A DNA stretch of 63,778 bases, filler included, from Octopus bimaculoides (GCF_001194135.2; 5 parts of 4 records of this genome joined end to end with filler, not necessarily neighbours in it), one strand, 5' to 3'; positions 48,960 through 61,374 are shown, counted from the whole stretch's first letter. Numbers and translations: made by a program. The notes: generated by a model not told the origin, from the sequence alone.

Positions 48960-50000
48960 GGACAGAACCCCATATGCCCCAAGAAAACCTAGGATAAACC
49001 ATAAAGACCACACAAATAACTTCAATAGTGACCCTAAAGTCAGACTAACATGTTCATTGAAATCGGACACAGGACATATAAGCAAAACCATCATAGATAA
49101 AATAATGTCCTAACTCAAAAATTAAGATTGGACTTTCCTTGTGGCCAGATACTCAGGAGGTAATAGGATGGTTTAAGAAGACAGAAAAGGCAAAAAATTC
49201 CAAATTTATACAGTTAGATATAGATAACTACTACTCCACAATTAACCCTAAAATATTCAATAAAGCACCCATATTTGCAATGAAAAATTCTAGCTTATCT
49301 AAGTCAGATGTTGTTGTTGGCACTCCGTCGCTTACGACATCGAGGGTTCCAGCTGATTCGATCAACGGAACAGCCTGCTCGTGAAATTAACGTGCAAGTG
49401 GTTGAGCACTCCACAAACACGTGTACCCTTAACGTAGTTCTCGGGGAGATTCAGTGTGACACCGAGTGTGACAAGGCTGACCCTTTAAAATACAGGCACA
49501 ACAGAAACAGGAAGTAAGAGTGAGAGAAAGTTGTGGTGGAAGAGTACAGCAGGGTTCACCACCATCCCTTGCCGGAGCCTCGTGGAGCTTTAGGTGTTTT
49601 CGCTCAATAAACACTCACAACACCCGGTCTGGGAATTGAAACCGTGATCCTATGACCGCGAGTCCGCTGCCCTAACCACTGGGCCATTGCGCCTCCACAA
49701 GTCAGATGTAGACATAATATTTACAGCACGAGAAACTGTTGTTAATTATAACAACAAACTATGGATGAGAGCAGATGGAATGAATTCCTTCGATAAACCA
49801 AACAAAAGATACAAAATTTCCGAAGTCCTATGGTATAACCCAATTTTCGGATTGCAAATATCATTGAAGATAGGTAAAGAATTCCTTACAGTGTTAGATA
49901 GGTGCTTCCCTAAAACATATAAATACCATTGTATCTTCAACAAGTACACAGTGAAAGTATTGTATGCCACATCCAACAACACACAAATACAATAAAAATT
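48960..50000 (+). mobile_element. Decayed Penelope-like element of a second subgroup, internally deleted and interrupted by a SINE
   Basis: KDHTNNFNSDPKVRL..KSDTGHISKTIIDKI; WPDTQEVIGWF..FIQLDIDNYYSTI; IIFTARETVV..W..FD; LWYNPIF..IGKEFL..LDRCFP..IFNKYTVKVLY. Confidence 0.75.
49312..49696 (-). mobile_element. Full-length family A SINE
   Basis: 11-bp TSD aagtcagatgt (49301-49311 and 49699-49709); tRNA-like head with A and B boxes; (AAC)n tail. Confidence 0.92.
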
Positions 50001-51119
50001 AGGCATGCAAACAATGACCACAGACAAAGAACAAACAGATGAAAACAACACAGGGTATAGGAGCCATAACAAAAATAAACACAATAGGGGTCACAAAAAC
50101 ATAGATTTCTAATAAATTTTCTGCAATTAAGGCGGAAATGTGTCAAAAGATTTGTAGAAGTGTTGCTGGTAGGGTTCAGCATTGTACTGAAAAATGAAGG
50201 GGGTTGTTTTGAACATGTTGATTAAAATTTTTATAATAAATGAATTACGGTATTTTGATGGATCAATACTTACTCTTTTAGTTGTTTCAGTCATTTGACT
50301 GTGGCCATGCTGGAGCACCACCTTTAGTCGAGCAAATCGACCCCAGGACTTATTCTTTGTAAGCCTTATTCTATTGGTTTCTTTTGCTGAACCGCTAAGT
50401 TACAGGGACGTTAACACACAAGCATCGGTTGTAATTGAAATATTGACTTCAAATTTTGGTACAAGGCCAGTAATCTCAAAGAAGGGGTTAAGTTGATTAC
50501 ATCATCCCCAGTGCATAACTGGTACTTATTTTATTGACCCCGAAAGTCAACCTCGGTGAAAAGGTAATTGAAATGTTACAGAAATAAGCAAGGCAGCTTT
50601 TCAAGGAGAAGGTGATAGTCACATGACTTTATCTGAAATTGGCTTTTTTTTCTAGCATCTGACAACATCATCCTCAAATATATCTATTCTGGAGCACTGC
50701 AATCAACATTGGAGAAAAAAGTCACTGATTAGAAAATATAATTCAATTAAACTAATTATGTAAATTAGTGCAGCGTTATGAAAGAAATGTGTTTTCTGAG
50801 AAAACAAAAAAAAATCCAGAGTAAAATTTTATCTTGTGTACTATATTAGTTTATTTGAAGTTCTTTGTGTACGTATTTGCAAAATTCAACTTGAACCATG
50901 TCCTGGATGGGACCATCCTGAGAGAATCCCTATTCATGCACAACTTAAAGACTGTGAGCATCCTCTTTTGAAAGGAATTTATCCAAAATACTTATTACTC
51001 ATACAAGCTTTCACCTATCGCCTTATCACTTGCAGTCTTTCATCTTTTATCTTCTCATCATCTGTGTTGATTGCACCATCATTCCCACTCTATCCATGAA
51101 AAATTCATCAGACTGATGG

Positions 51120-51610
51120 GTTTCAATTTTTAATGACTTCCTTAACTTTTCAAAGAAATGCATGAAATTTTGATCCAATTTAAAGGACATAATGGAAATT
51201 AATACGCACAAGTCAAATTCTGCAACACCACTCCATTACATTTGAAAAATGACTTCACTTAAATGGCAGCCATTTTCGCTCTTTCCAAAACTTGCATCAT
51301 AACACACTCAAGAGTTTCAGACCCCACTTCTCTGATTTCTCTAGTGATGTTCTCCTTCAGTTGCACCAGGGTCTCCGGTATGTTGATGTAAACCTTCTCT
51401 TTCAGGTATCTCTACAAGAAAAAATCTGGGCTAGTCAAGTCTTGGGGAACATGAAGAACAGTTGACATTGCCGTAGTGGGAGATTATTCTCTCTCCAAAA
51501 CACTGCCATAGCAACTGCATTGTTCCTCTTACGGTATGAGCAGTTGCCCCATCTTGCTGGAACCATGTGTGAGGTCTACTTTGAATGGCCAGGCAGAAAA
51601 AGGTCTCAGT
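51120..51610 (-). mobile_element. Tc1/mariner transposase C-terminal relic
   Basis: WFQQDGATAHT..FGERIIS..SPRLD..FFL..YLKEKVY..P.T..LKENI.REI, with stops and frameshifts. Confidence 0.85.
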
Positions 51611-53135
51611 CATGGATACCTGAAAGAGAGGATACCACAAGAAAGCACACTCAATACACTGTTACGTGGCTGGCATTAGGAAAGTTATCCAACCATAGAA
51701 ACCAAGCCACGTACGAACACTTTGTCTTTGTGGGCTGTGGCAAACTAGCCAACACCTGCAAGGATGGAAAGCAGACAAAAGATGATGACGATGGTGATGA
51801 TGACGACGACGACAATGATGATGTGTGTATGTGTGTGTGTAAATATTCTTTTCTACTCTAGGCATAAGGCCCAAAATTTTGGGGGAGGGGTGCCAGTCAA
51901 TTAGATCGACCTCAGTATGCAACTGGTACTTAATTTATTGACCTCGAAAGGATGAACAGCAAAGTCTACCTGGATGGAATTTGAACTCACAACGTAGCAA
52001 CAGACAAAATACTGCTAAGCATTTCGCCCGGCGAGCTAACCATTCTGCCAGCTCGCTGCTTTATGTGTGTGTAAATATTGAACAATGAGTATGAGTGCTC
52101 AACACCACACTGGTGGGTAAGGATTCTTTATTTGTGTTTTAAGTCTCCTATTGGTTCCATATTAAGGAATGTCTCATAAATTATCAAACCTATCACATGG
52201 AAATTTGATGTTCATCCCCACTTTGTTTGGATATACATACATACATAGATACATACATACTTACATGCACACACACACACATTACATATGTACATACATG
52301 CATATATACATACACGCACACACACACACATATTACATACATACATACAAGCGTGGCTGTATGGTAAGAAGCTTGCTTCCCAACCACATGGTTCCAGGTT
52401 CGGTCCTGCTACGTGACACCTTGGACAAGTGTCTTCTACTGTATCTTTAGGCCGATCAAAGCCTTAAGTGGATTTGGTAGATGGAAACTGAAAGAAGCCC
52501 ATTGTATATGTGTGTGTGTGTGTATTTGTGTATGTCTCCCCTACCATCACTTTACTGCCGGTGTTGGTGCGTTTACATCCCTGTAACTTAGCGCTTCTGC
52601 ATAAGAAACTGATAGAATAAGCATCAGGCTTACAAAGAATAAGTCTCAAGGTCGATTTCTTCAACTAAAAGGTGGTGCTCCAGCACGGCCACAGTCAAAT
52701 GACTGAAACAAGTAGAAGAAAGACTAAAAGAATACATACATACAACAGATACTCAGGGAATCGATTTTCTCAAATGCTTCGGAGGCTCATTACAGGCAGT
52801 GGATAATTTCTACAATTCAAGGGACTTAATTAGCTGTGTGCTGGGATGCGCAGAAAGTGTAATTGTGAGAATAAGAATAAGTTGGAGAAAATTCAGAGAG
52901 TTTTTACCTCTGTTGCCAGAAACAACCTCACTTTTAACAACCAGAGCTGGTATCACATAAAAAGCACCCAGTAAACTCTGAAGTGGTTGGCCATTAGGAA
53001 GGGTGGCATGCCAGAAACAGATAATAGAACCTGGTGTGGTCCCTAGCCTTACCAGTTCTGGTCAAACCATCCAATCCATGCCAGTATGAAAAACAGATAT
53101 TAAATGATGATGATGGTGATATAAATGTATGTATG

Positions 53136-53173
<38 letters not shown>

Positions 53174-53959
53174 CAGATGCACACACACACACACTCATGC
53201 ATCACATTTTATAATCTTTTGCTACTGCTCCAGTCTGGCCTGAATTCTCATTCACAAAAATTTTCTTTGGATTTCTTTTAATTTTATCTATTTTTTTCAT
53301 AAAAATCTGATAGAAAATTCTTCAATTTTTTTTCCATAAATCTTCGTCTGCTGACATTAAATTATTCCTTGGGAAAACAAAAAACCGACAATCTTTTTTC
53401 TTTCAACAAAATTATGGAAATGGCTTTATCTCTCTTTGTTCTTTTCTCTTATTTTCTATCAATCTCCTTTTCTCTAATTTTCCCCCCTTGCTTACTCTCA
53501 TCCTTTCTCTAATTTTCTTTTCTCTCTCCCTCTTCTTGCTCTCTCTTTCTCTCCTCATTCATTCAATATCTGTTTGTCTCACTGCTTCTCTGCCTGTCTC
53601 TAACCCACCTCCTCTCTACAAATCATGCATTATTCTCATACATTCAAATCACAATCAAGATAAGCTAACAAAGAATTCTCTATGCAGCAAAACAACCTGC
53701 CAAATACAACAACCAAATTTTTCTGAATTCAGTCCCCACTTTTATCAGGGCAACATCTTCGTTTCCTCGCGCGAAATACATGGAAAAATTACATGTTGGA
53801 TAATTGTGGGTAAACGGCAGGCCACCGTGTTCAATGAAAAATGTAAAGGCAGTGTTATTTTTATTGTGGAAACGGTGAACTCCTTCATAAAGAGTGCTAT
53901 TGCAACAATTGCATAGAGCCATGATGTTAGAGCAAAATTAGGATTTTGTGTCTGTGCGC

Positions 53960-54240
53960 GTACGTGTGTGAGAGAGAAAGGGATAGAGTGAGTGAGTGAG
54001 AGAGAAGCGGAGAGAGATAGAGTGAGTGACAGAGAAAGCGAGAGAGATAGAGTGAGTGGGAGAGAAATAGAGTGAGTGGGAGAGAGATAGAGTGAGTGAG
54101 AGAGAAAGCGAGAGAGATAGAGTGAGTGAGAGAGAAAGCGAGAGAGATAGAGTGAGTGAGAGAGAAGGGGAGAGAGATAGAGTGAGTGAGAGAGAAAGGG
54201 AGAGAGTAAGAGTGAGAGAGAGAGAGAAAGAGTGAGTGAA
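53960..54240. repeat. GA-rich minisatellite (gagagatagagtgagtgagagagaaa..)
   Basis: Directly visible tandem units of about 26-30 bp. Confidence 0.85.
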
Positions 54241-55131
54241 GGTGATGATGGATGTCTTTTAAGGTACATGCAACGTCATCATGGTCGTCGTATAAAATGT
54301 TTACGATAGATAACTTATGGAAAGATTATAATTGAAAATTTTTGTAATTCAAATATGTCAATGAAAATAAAGTTTAGTCAGTAGTGGAAATAGTACTGAA
54401 TCTTTTGATATCCCATACGTGAAAATCGACAATTCGGTTCTGGAATACATAAGGAACATAGATATGCACCCTGAAAAACCCCAAAATTGATCGACACACA
54501 CTCCCTACTCAGCAATAAAGGGTGCGCGAGCGCAACAATCTCTACGGCTCCCTGAAAATGAACGGCTTAAACAAGTGTTTTACATACCTGTTGAATACGT
54601 CGGTCCTGTTTCTTTGCTTTAATGGTAAGCGATTCTCATTGAAGCAAACACGATATTGAATAATTCTCCGGACTTCGTGTATGTTTATCTACTTGCCTCT
54701 ATGTGTGTATGTGTATGTGTGTCTGTCTGTGTGTGTGTGTGTGTGTCAACCATCTCATCAGCAACAACCATCATCATCTTATTCACAACAATAAGCAACT
54801 GCTGCTTTGCTCCTGAAATTGTGTAGTTGTGTGTATGTATGTGTGTGTGTGTGTGTGTGTGTGGTGGTGGTGGGGCTCTTTTGCAAGATAAATTAATTTT
54901 GACGGTAAGGACTGAACCCATTGTTTCATTGTCACAATTAAAAATAAATTCGAAGGATTAACATCGCACAAGTTCATCCGCTATTTCCGTAAACTCTAAT
55001 TGACAAAATCAAGAAGCTACCACAGCCATCCCATCAACAGCAATCGTCACCATCTTCTTCACAATATTTGTACCCTTTAAAAAGAAGCAGCTGTTGTTGT
55101 TTTTCTGAATTTATTTTACATTGTATGCACC

Positions 55132-56290
55132 ATGATTGGAACTTTTACTGTACCTTGCACCAGAGAACATTATAGATTATCAGAAGACAAAGCATATTGC
55201 CAATGAAAAAACGGGCGCTTGCACACATTCGATGAATTTTTAAAATTTTAGTCGTTCTATTGATGGGTTTGTCAATAGAAAGTGTGCTAAATGTGAGGAA
55301 GAAAAAAAAACTCATTCCATAAGGAAAAGTACAGTTACGGAAAACTCTAAGCTGCCATTATATGTAATTTTCCATTTAGTGTTTGATTTTATTTTCGAAT
55401 TGTCTGTGACGATATCTACAAGTATGAATTGCATTGATATAAAAACTGCTGTTCAGTGGTACCAGTTCTGTAGAGATGTTTGTTCGCCAAAACTGCTGCA
55501 GGACAAAACTCCCATTGGTGGTCCGGATCATACAGGGGAGATCGACGAAAGCTTGGTCTTCAATAGCAAGAACAATGGGAAAGACTTCCGCCCGTCCCCC
55601 CAATTTTCTCCCAAATTTGTTTACTTAAATTTGCTAACCCTAAAACCCTAATCTTAATTACAGAAATGTTTTGAAATTTTTGTACGAATCATAATGTCCG
55701 TATTTTTCCGTATATTTTTGTAAAAAAAATTATGAAAAAAGTACAATTGAAAGAAATGGGGGTGGTAATTTAGAAATGCCGAATTTTGGCAGATTTGTAT
55801 CCCGCGTAGCCGAAAAGCGGGGTTTGTGTCAAGAAAAAAAAAGGATTTTTTAAAAGGGTGGTTTTTGTGGAGAGGGAGAGGGGAAGAAGTCTTGTCGAAC
55901 AATGTAGGAAGATGGTGTCGCAAAACTCGGGTTGTCGGCTGTTATGACACCACAACCAGAAAAGTATTCCTTCAAAGTGTACCCAATAGGAGTACAGAGA
56001 CGTTGGAGAATGTTATCAGCCAAAACCTTCTTCCAGGAATTACTGTTATGACTGACAATTTGACAAGTTATTGTAATGTCTAGGTTACATTCACCATTCG
56101 GTGAATCATTCTCCAAATTTCATAGATCGGTCACCGGAGTATGTACAAATTGGCGGAGGTTAAAGATCATGGACCGCAACCTCTTTGGGATATTTTGGGG
56201 TGTTTTATTTTTACATGCACACATTATATCGAGGACGGAGATTCCGAATCTGCAAAAAAAATCTGCATTTCAGAATTTATATTGTACAGG
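55132..56290 (+). mobile_element. Merlin (IS1016/IS1595-like DDE) transposase pseudogene
   Basis: DG..KC..C..SIRK zinc-ribbon-like segment; VQWYQFCRDVC; IGGP..GEIDES; NNVGR..VVGCYD..FLQSVPNRS..TL..I..PG..V.TD..SY; H.SVNHS.NFID..TG..TN. Stops and frameshifts; TIRs not found. Confidence 0.88.
55578..55896. mobile_element. 319-bp MITE inserted in the Merlin transposase
   Basis: Exact 8-bp TSD gaacaatg (55570-55577 and 55897-55904); imperfect TIRs GGAAAGACTTCCGCCCGTCCCCC / GACAAGACTTCTTCCCCTCTCCC (17 of 23); removal restores the frame SKNNVGR; internal ctaaccctaaaaccctaa. Confidence 0.85.
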
Positions 56291-56790
56291 CCAGAAAGAA
56301 ACATAAAAAAACATAAATGTCAAAATACACCATTACTCAATCTTCCCCTCTCCTTCTCTATCGATACGAAATCGAAGCGTACAAGTTACCCGATTAAAAT
56401 ATCGGCAAGAAAAATTGCTAAAGGAAAGTGGAAACACTCGATGCTATTTGAAAACTATTTTGCTGGGATCGATCCAGTAATTTTAGTAGGTATGTAAAAG
56501 ATATTGCTTTAATACACTTTGTCTTGTTTCACACACACACTAACATGTTTCTTTTTTGTCCAGACATCGTTACCACTAATTTTTGTAAGTTCAGCATTTG
56601 TTTATTATTCTTTTCAAACTTGTTTGATTTTTTTCAATCTAATGTAAATCTACAATCTAGAAACCGTATTTCTGCAAAATGTCATCTTAAAATATGTGTA
56701 AAGAAAAGGGGCTGATGCAGCTTCGCACCTCACCTTCAGAAGTACATGTTTAAAAAAAGATTTCTTCGGAAACGTGTCTGTATATATATA

Positions 56791-56890
56791 NNNNNNNNNN
56801 NNNNNNNNNNNNNNNNNNNNNNNNNNNNNNNNNNTTAATTAATTAANNNNNNNNNNNNNNNNNNNNNNNNNNNNNNNNNNNNNNNNNNNN
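56791..56890. other. Artificial scaffold-join spacer N44-TTAATTAATTAA-N44
   Basis: Same 100-bp structure. Confidence 0.93.
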
Positions 56891-56951
56891 ATGTGCGTGT
56901 ATACAAGTATACGTGTGTCTATATGTGTGCGTATGTATATGTATGTGTGTG

Positions 56952-57184
56952 TTATTTCTTTACTACCCACAAGGGGCTACACACAGAGGGGACAAACAAG
57001 GACAGACAAACGGATTAAATCGATTATATCGACCCCAGTGCGTAACTGGTACTTATTTAATCGACCCCGAAAGGATGAAAGGCAAAGTCGACCTCGGCGG
57101 AATTTGAACTCAGCACGTAGCGGGCAGACGAAATACCGCTAAGCATTTCGCCCGGTGTGCTAACGGTTCTGCCAGCTCGCCGCC
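56952..57184 (-). mobile_element. Full-length, well-conserved family B SINE
   Basis: Complete head ggcggcgagctggcagaacc, central core and tail. Confidence 0.9.
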
Positions 57185-57523
57185 AAATATGTATATGTAT
57201 GTGTGTGTATAAGTGCGTCTGTATATACATGTATGCGTGCGTGTGTCTATGAGTATATATGTGTGTGTCTGTGTGCCTGTATACGCGTACATGTGTATGC
57301 GTATGCGCCTCTGCGTTTGTGTATGAATGTGAGTCTGTATACTTGTATGTATGCGTTTATGTGAGTATATACATGTGTTTGTGTATGCGTGTATATGTGT
57401 GTGTGTACGTATGCACCTTTGTGAATGCGTCTGTGTATGTGTGTATCTAAGTATGTCTGTATAGATATATGTATGTGTTTATGTGTGTATGTGTGTGTAT
57501 GCATGTATATATANNNNNNNNNN

Positions 57524-57582
<59 letters not shown>

Positions 57583-59529
57583 TTGTGTATGTATATGTGT
57601 TCATGCGTCTATAATCTGTATCCGTGTGTATCTGTACGCGTCTCTGTGTGTATGTGTGTGAATGCTACTGTATATGTGTATATGTATGCGTAAGTGTATA
57701 TATATGTATTTATGTGTACATATATGTATGTGAATATGCGTGTATGGATGTATATGTATGTCTTCTTTCTGACTTTCCTCCTTCTCCCTCTAACTTGCTA
57801 AATGGTCCAGTTAGGATTAAAGGGCTCAAATAAATAAATAAAAATTAAGGGTCACAAGCTCTCCCTTTTATATCCCTCTATCTTCTCCTTATCTTAAATA
57901 CATTTTATTTATTTATTACTGTTGTTTTTGTTGTTGTTACTGATTCCTGTTTTTGCTTTTCAACATTTTACTAACCGTGATCCGCCAACAACAACGTCCA
58001 CGTGGTCTTTAGAACATGCTAGAAATAGCAGGCAAAATTTTTCCTCAAATTGAACAATATCATCTTAAACAAGGAAGGACACAATGTATAATGTTGTCCG
58101 GCATATTTGTAAACTGACTGGATGATCACGACTGGAAAGGTCTCCTCGATCTGGATTGATATAGGGCAAACAACAACAACAACAACAGCGACCACATATT
58201 AACGAAGGAACGTCTTTGTGGTCACTCAACTTGCTCGGTATAATAGCTAAACCTCCTTTAAGTTACTCAATGTCATTTACCAACCTGTCCAAAGCAATCC
58301 CAAATTCCATGACGCAACCTTTCAGTTTAAAAATGATTTAAATTAAAGCTTCTCATTAAAATTTCACGCTAATTCATGTTCCAAACATTAGTTTAATAAT
58401 GACTTCAAATTTTGGCATAAGGCCAGCAATCTCGGAGGAGGGGTTAATTTATTGCATCAACTCCAGTACTTGGCTGCTTCTTTATTTTATCGACCCAGAA
58501 AAGAAGAAAGACAAAGTCGACCGTGGCAGAATTTGAACTCAGAACGTAGAGAATCAGAAGAATTGCTGCTTAGTATTTTATCTGACGTTCAAACTATTCT
58601 GCCAGCTTAATGACCAAACTAATTTATATTTTCTTTACGAAATTAATTGAAATAAATATTCTCCGCCACCATCTCCTGCGGGAGGCTCGTGGAGCTTTTA
58701 GGTGTTTTCGCTCAATAAACACTCACAACGCCCGGTCTGGGAATCGAAACCGCGATCCTATGACCGCGAGTCCGCTGCCCTAACCACTGGGCCATTGCGC
58801 GCGCCTCCATTCGAACGACAGAAACAAGAGACAAAAAGGAAAATAAAAGAATAAAATAAAAAAAGAAGCAAAGTTAAACACGCAATCCACAAAATAAATA
58901 AATAAGATAAGATAAGATAAAATAAGAAAAACCATCGTTAAATCCACAAAACGTATGACTGTGCTTGAAGATATTTCGGCAAAAAAGAACAAGCTTTAGT
59001 AAAGAGTTAAATCTGATCCGACACCAAATAATTCTGTAGGAGTTTAAGACATAATTAGAACTCTGAGGAATTCTTTTCAAATATTACATTGTTTATACTC
59101 TCGAGTTTTGGGTCGGTGGGGGGGCGCTGGGGGTGGAACGGTGGTTCAGAGGGTTGATAAATAACACAATACAATTTTACTGACCAGCTAGGGACTTCTC
59201 TTTAAACTATGAAATGAAAGAAAAAAGTCTGGAATGCTTTCAAACATAACGTGCTTCCCCCCCAACTAACTTACTTTGCCTTTCTTTTTTTATTCCCCCA
59301 CCTTTTTTTCTTTCTTTCTTTCTTTCTTTTTTGCTTTCTTCTTTCCTTCCTTTGTTTTTATTATTACCTTTTCACCACAAGGCACGTTACATTATTTGCA
59401 CAGCNNNNNNNNNNGAAGGATCGAAGCTACTCCCTCCACTGTTAGACAGAAAAAGTGGGGGACCTTTGGTAAAGAATGACCATTTTTTAGTGAATTGTGC
59501 GAGTTATTTTAGTCAGTCCTATTCCATAC

Positions 59530-60010
59530 ATACATAATGAGATCCGTCGGAGGAATAACCCCGAGGCCAAAGAGATGTGAACTGACACTTTGATAGAGGC
59601 CATAGCTGCTCATAATAAGGAATACGGGTGAAATGTCCCAGTGAAAACACCAATGAAATGTTAACATAATAGGCCTGACATAGTGATTTGGGACTGGAAA
59701 GAGAATCTGTGTACAGTAGTTGAAATCAGCTGTTCAGTGAATGTAAACATAAGGCTAAAGGATCAGTGAGCTATTGAAAAATCTACAGCTACTCTATCCA
59801 AATTATAAGTTCAGGTATATACCTGTAATTATTGGGGAAGTACAGGAATATGAAAAACACTGCCTAAGTACCAAACCTGAGAAATTAGGCTTCTCAAAAC
59901 CAGAAAAGAAAAAGCTGATTCGAGGATTACAGATTCAAGCCATCACTGGAACTAAACATTTGTAAACTTTCTGAAGTTTACTATTTAAGTATACATGCGC
60001 ATATCGAGAC
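59530..60010 (+). mobile_element. R4/Dong-like non-LTR retrotransposon 3' fragment (restriction-like endonuclease)
   Basis: NEIRR..; HNRPDIVIWD..CTVVEISC..N; L..LYPNYKFRYIPVIIG..LGF..LQIQAITGT, with stops and deletions. Confidence 0.78.
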
Positions 60011-60079
60011 ATGTATGAAAATACATGCATAAAACAAAACATACAATTCTGCACATGCACTGCCTCCAAATACTGCACC

Positions 60080-60968
60080 GCAGGAGTGGCTGTGTGGTAA
60101 GTAGCTTGCTTACCAACCACATGGTTCCGGGTTCAGTCCCACTGCGTGGCACCTTGGGCAAGTGTCTTCTACTATAGCGTCGGGTCGACCAAAGCCTTGT
60201 GAGTGGATTTGGTAGACGGAAACTGAAAGAAGCCCGTCGTATATATGTATATATATATACCCAGCTCTTCGAAACGCCGGTGTTCTACCCAGCTCTTCGA
60301 AACGCCGGTGTTAAAACGGGGGTAGCTGATGAAGGAAAATGTTCTCTATGTGGCTTGTGTGTTTTCTTGTCTACGTTTTGTTTGCAATGTCCTGTACCCA
60401 GATNNNNNNNNNNNNNNNNNNNNNNNNNNNNNNNNNNNNNNNNNNNNNNNNNNNNNNNNNNNNNNNNNNNNNNNNNNNNNNNNNNNNNNNNNNNNNNNNN
60501 NNNNNNNNNNNNNNNNNNNNNNNNNNNNNNNNNNNNNNNNNNNNNNNNNNNNNNNNNNNNNNNNNNNNNNNNNNNNNNNNNNNNNNNNNNNNNNNNNNNN
60601 NNNNNNNNNNNNNNNNNNNNNNNNNNNNNNNNNNNNNNNNNNNNNNNNNNNNNNNNNNNNNNNNNNNNNNNNNNNNNNNNNNNNNNNNNNNNNNNNNNNN
60701 NNNNNNNNNNNNNNNNNNNNNNATATATATATATATGTATGTATGTATGTTTGTTTGTGTGTCTGTGTTTGTTCCCCCACATTCGCCTGACAACCGATGC
60801 TGGTGTGTTTACGTCCTCGTAACTTAGCGGTTCGGCAAAAAGAGACCGATAGAATAAGTATGGGGCTTACAAAGAATAAGTCCTGGGGGTCGATTTGCTC
60901 GACTAAAAGGCGGTGCTCCAGCATGGCCGCAGTCAAATGATTGAAACAAGTAAAAGAGTAAAAGAGAG
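60080..60968 (+). mobile_element. Family C SINE whose internal (TA)n tract is interrupted by another element and a gap
   Basis: Intact head (60080-60240) and intact 3' half (60740-60968). Confidence 0.88.
60266..60336 (+). ncRNA. Hammerhead-like motif (permuted, type II-like arrangement)
   Basis: tcttc GAAA C-gccggt-G TT CTACCC ... GGGTAG CTGATGA agga: 6-bp stem I, palindrome-like stem III, weak stem II; includes a 27-bp direct repeat (60258-60284 and 60286-60312). Confidence 0.5.
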
Positions 60969-61374
60969 TATATACACACATACATGCAAAAATATTCTGT
61001 TGATGTTATTGAAATTTCAATGAAGGAGATTTAGATGTAGTAGCTGGCTCTTTCTCTATTGGCCAAAAAAATCTTGAAATCAATAGAAATTACAGTGGAC
61101 TTTCGAAATGAACCTAGTCTAACAGAAAGGCTAGGGAAGATCCCTCAATGGACTACATGAAAAAACAAAAAACATGTATACATCCATGCATACGTAGGTA
61201 TACACCAAGAAAAGCCCTCTTCAAATAACTTCGTTTGTGGTGATTGTAGAAACATAGGGTACAGCAAGGCAGGGCTCACTTTCTACACTAGAAAGCATAA
61301 ATCTACTCTAGATCGCCACTCAATTCCATAGATGTCTTTTATATACTAACCAGCTATCAACTCAAGATCAAATT

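Noticed and set aside
49630-49696. tRNA-like sequence (also at 58740-58808, 61670-61740 and 4562-4635)
   Set aside because: These are SINE heads with A and B boxes continuing into SINE bodies; there is no complete cloverleaf or acceptor stem.
54900-56400. GGTAA-type sequences as terminal repeats of the Merlin transposase relic
   Set aside because: Candidates at about 54904 and 56385 do not match each other beyond five bases.
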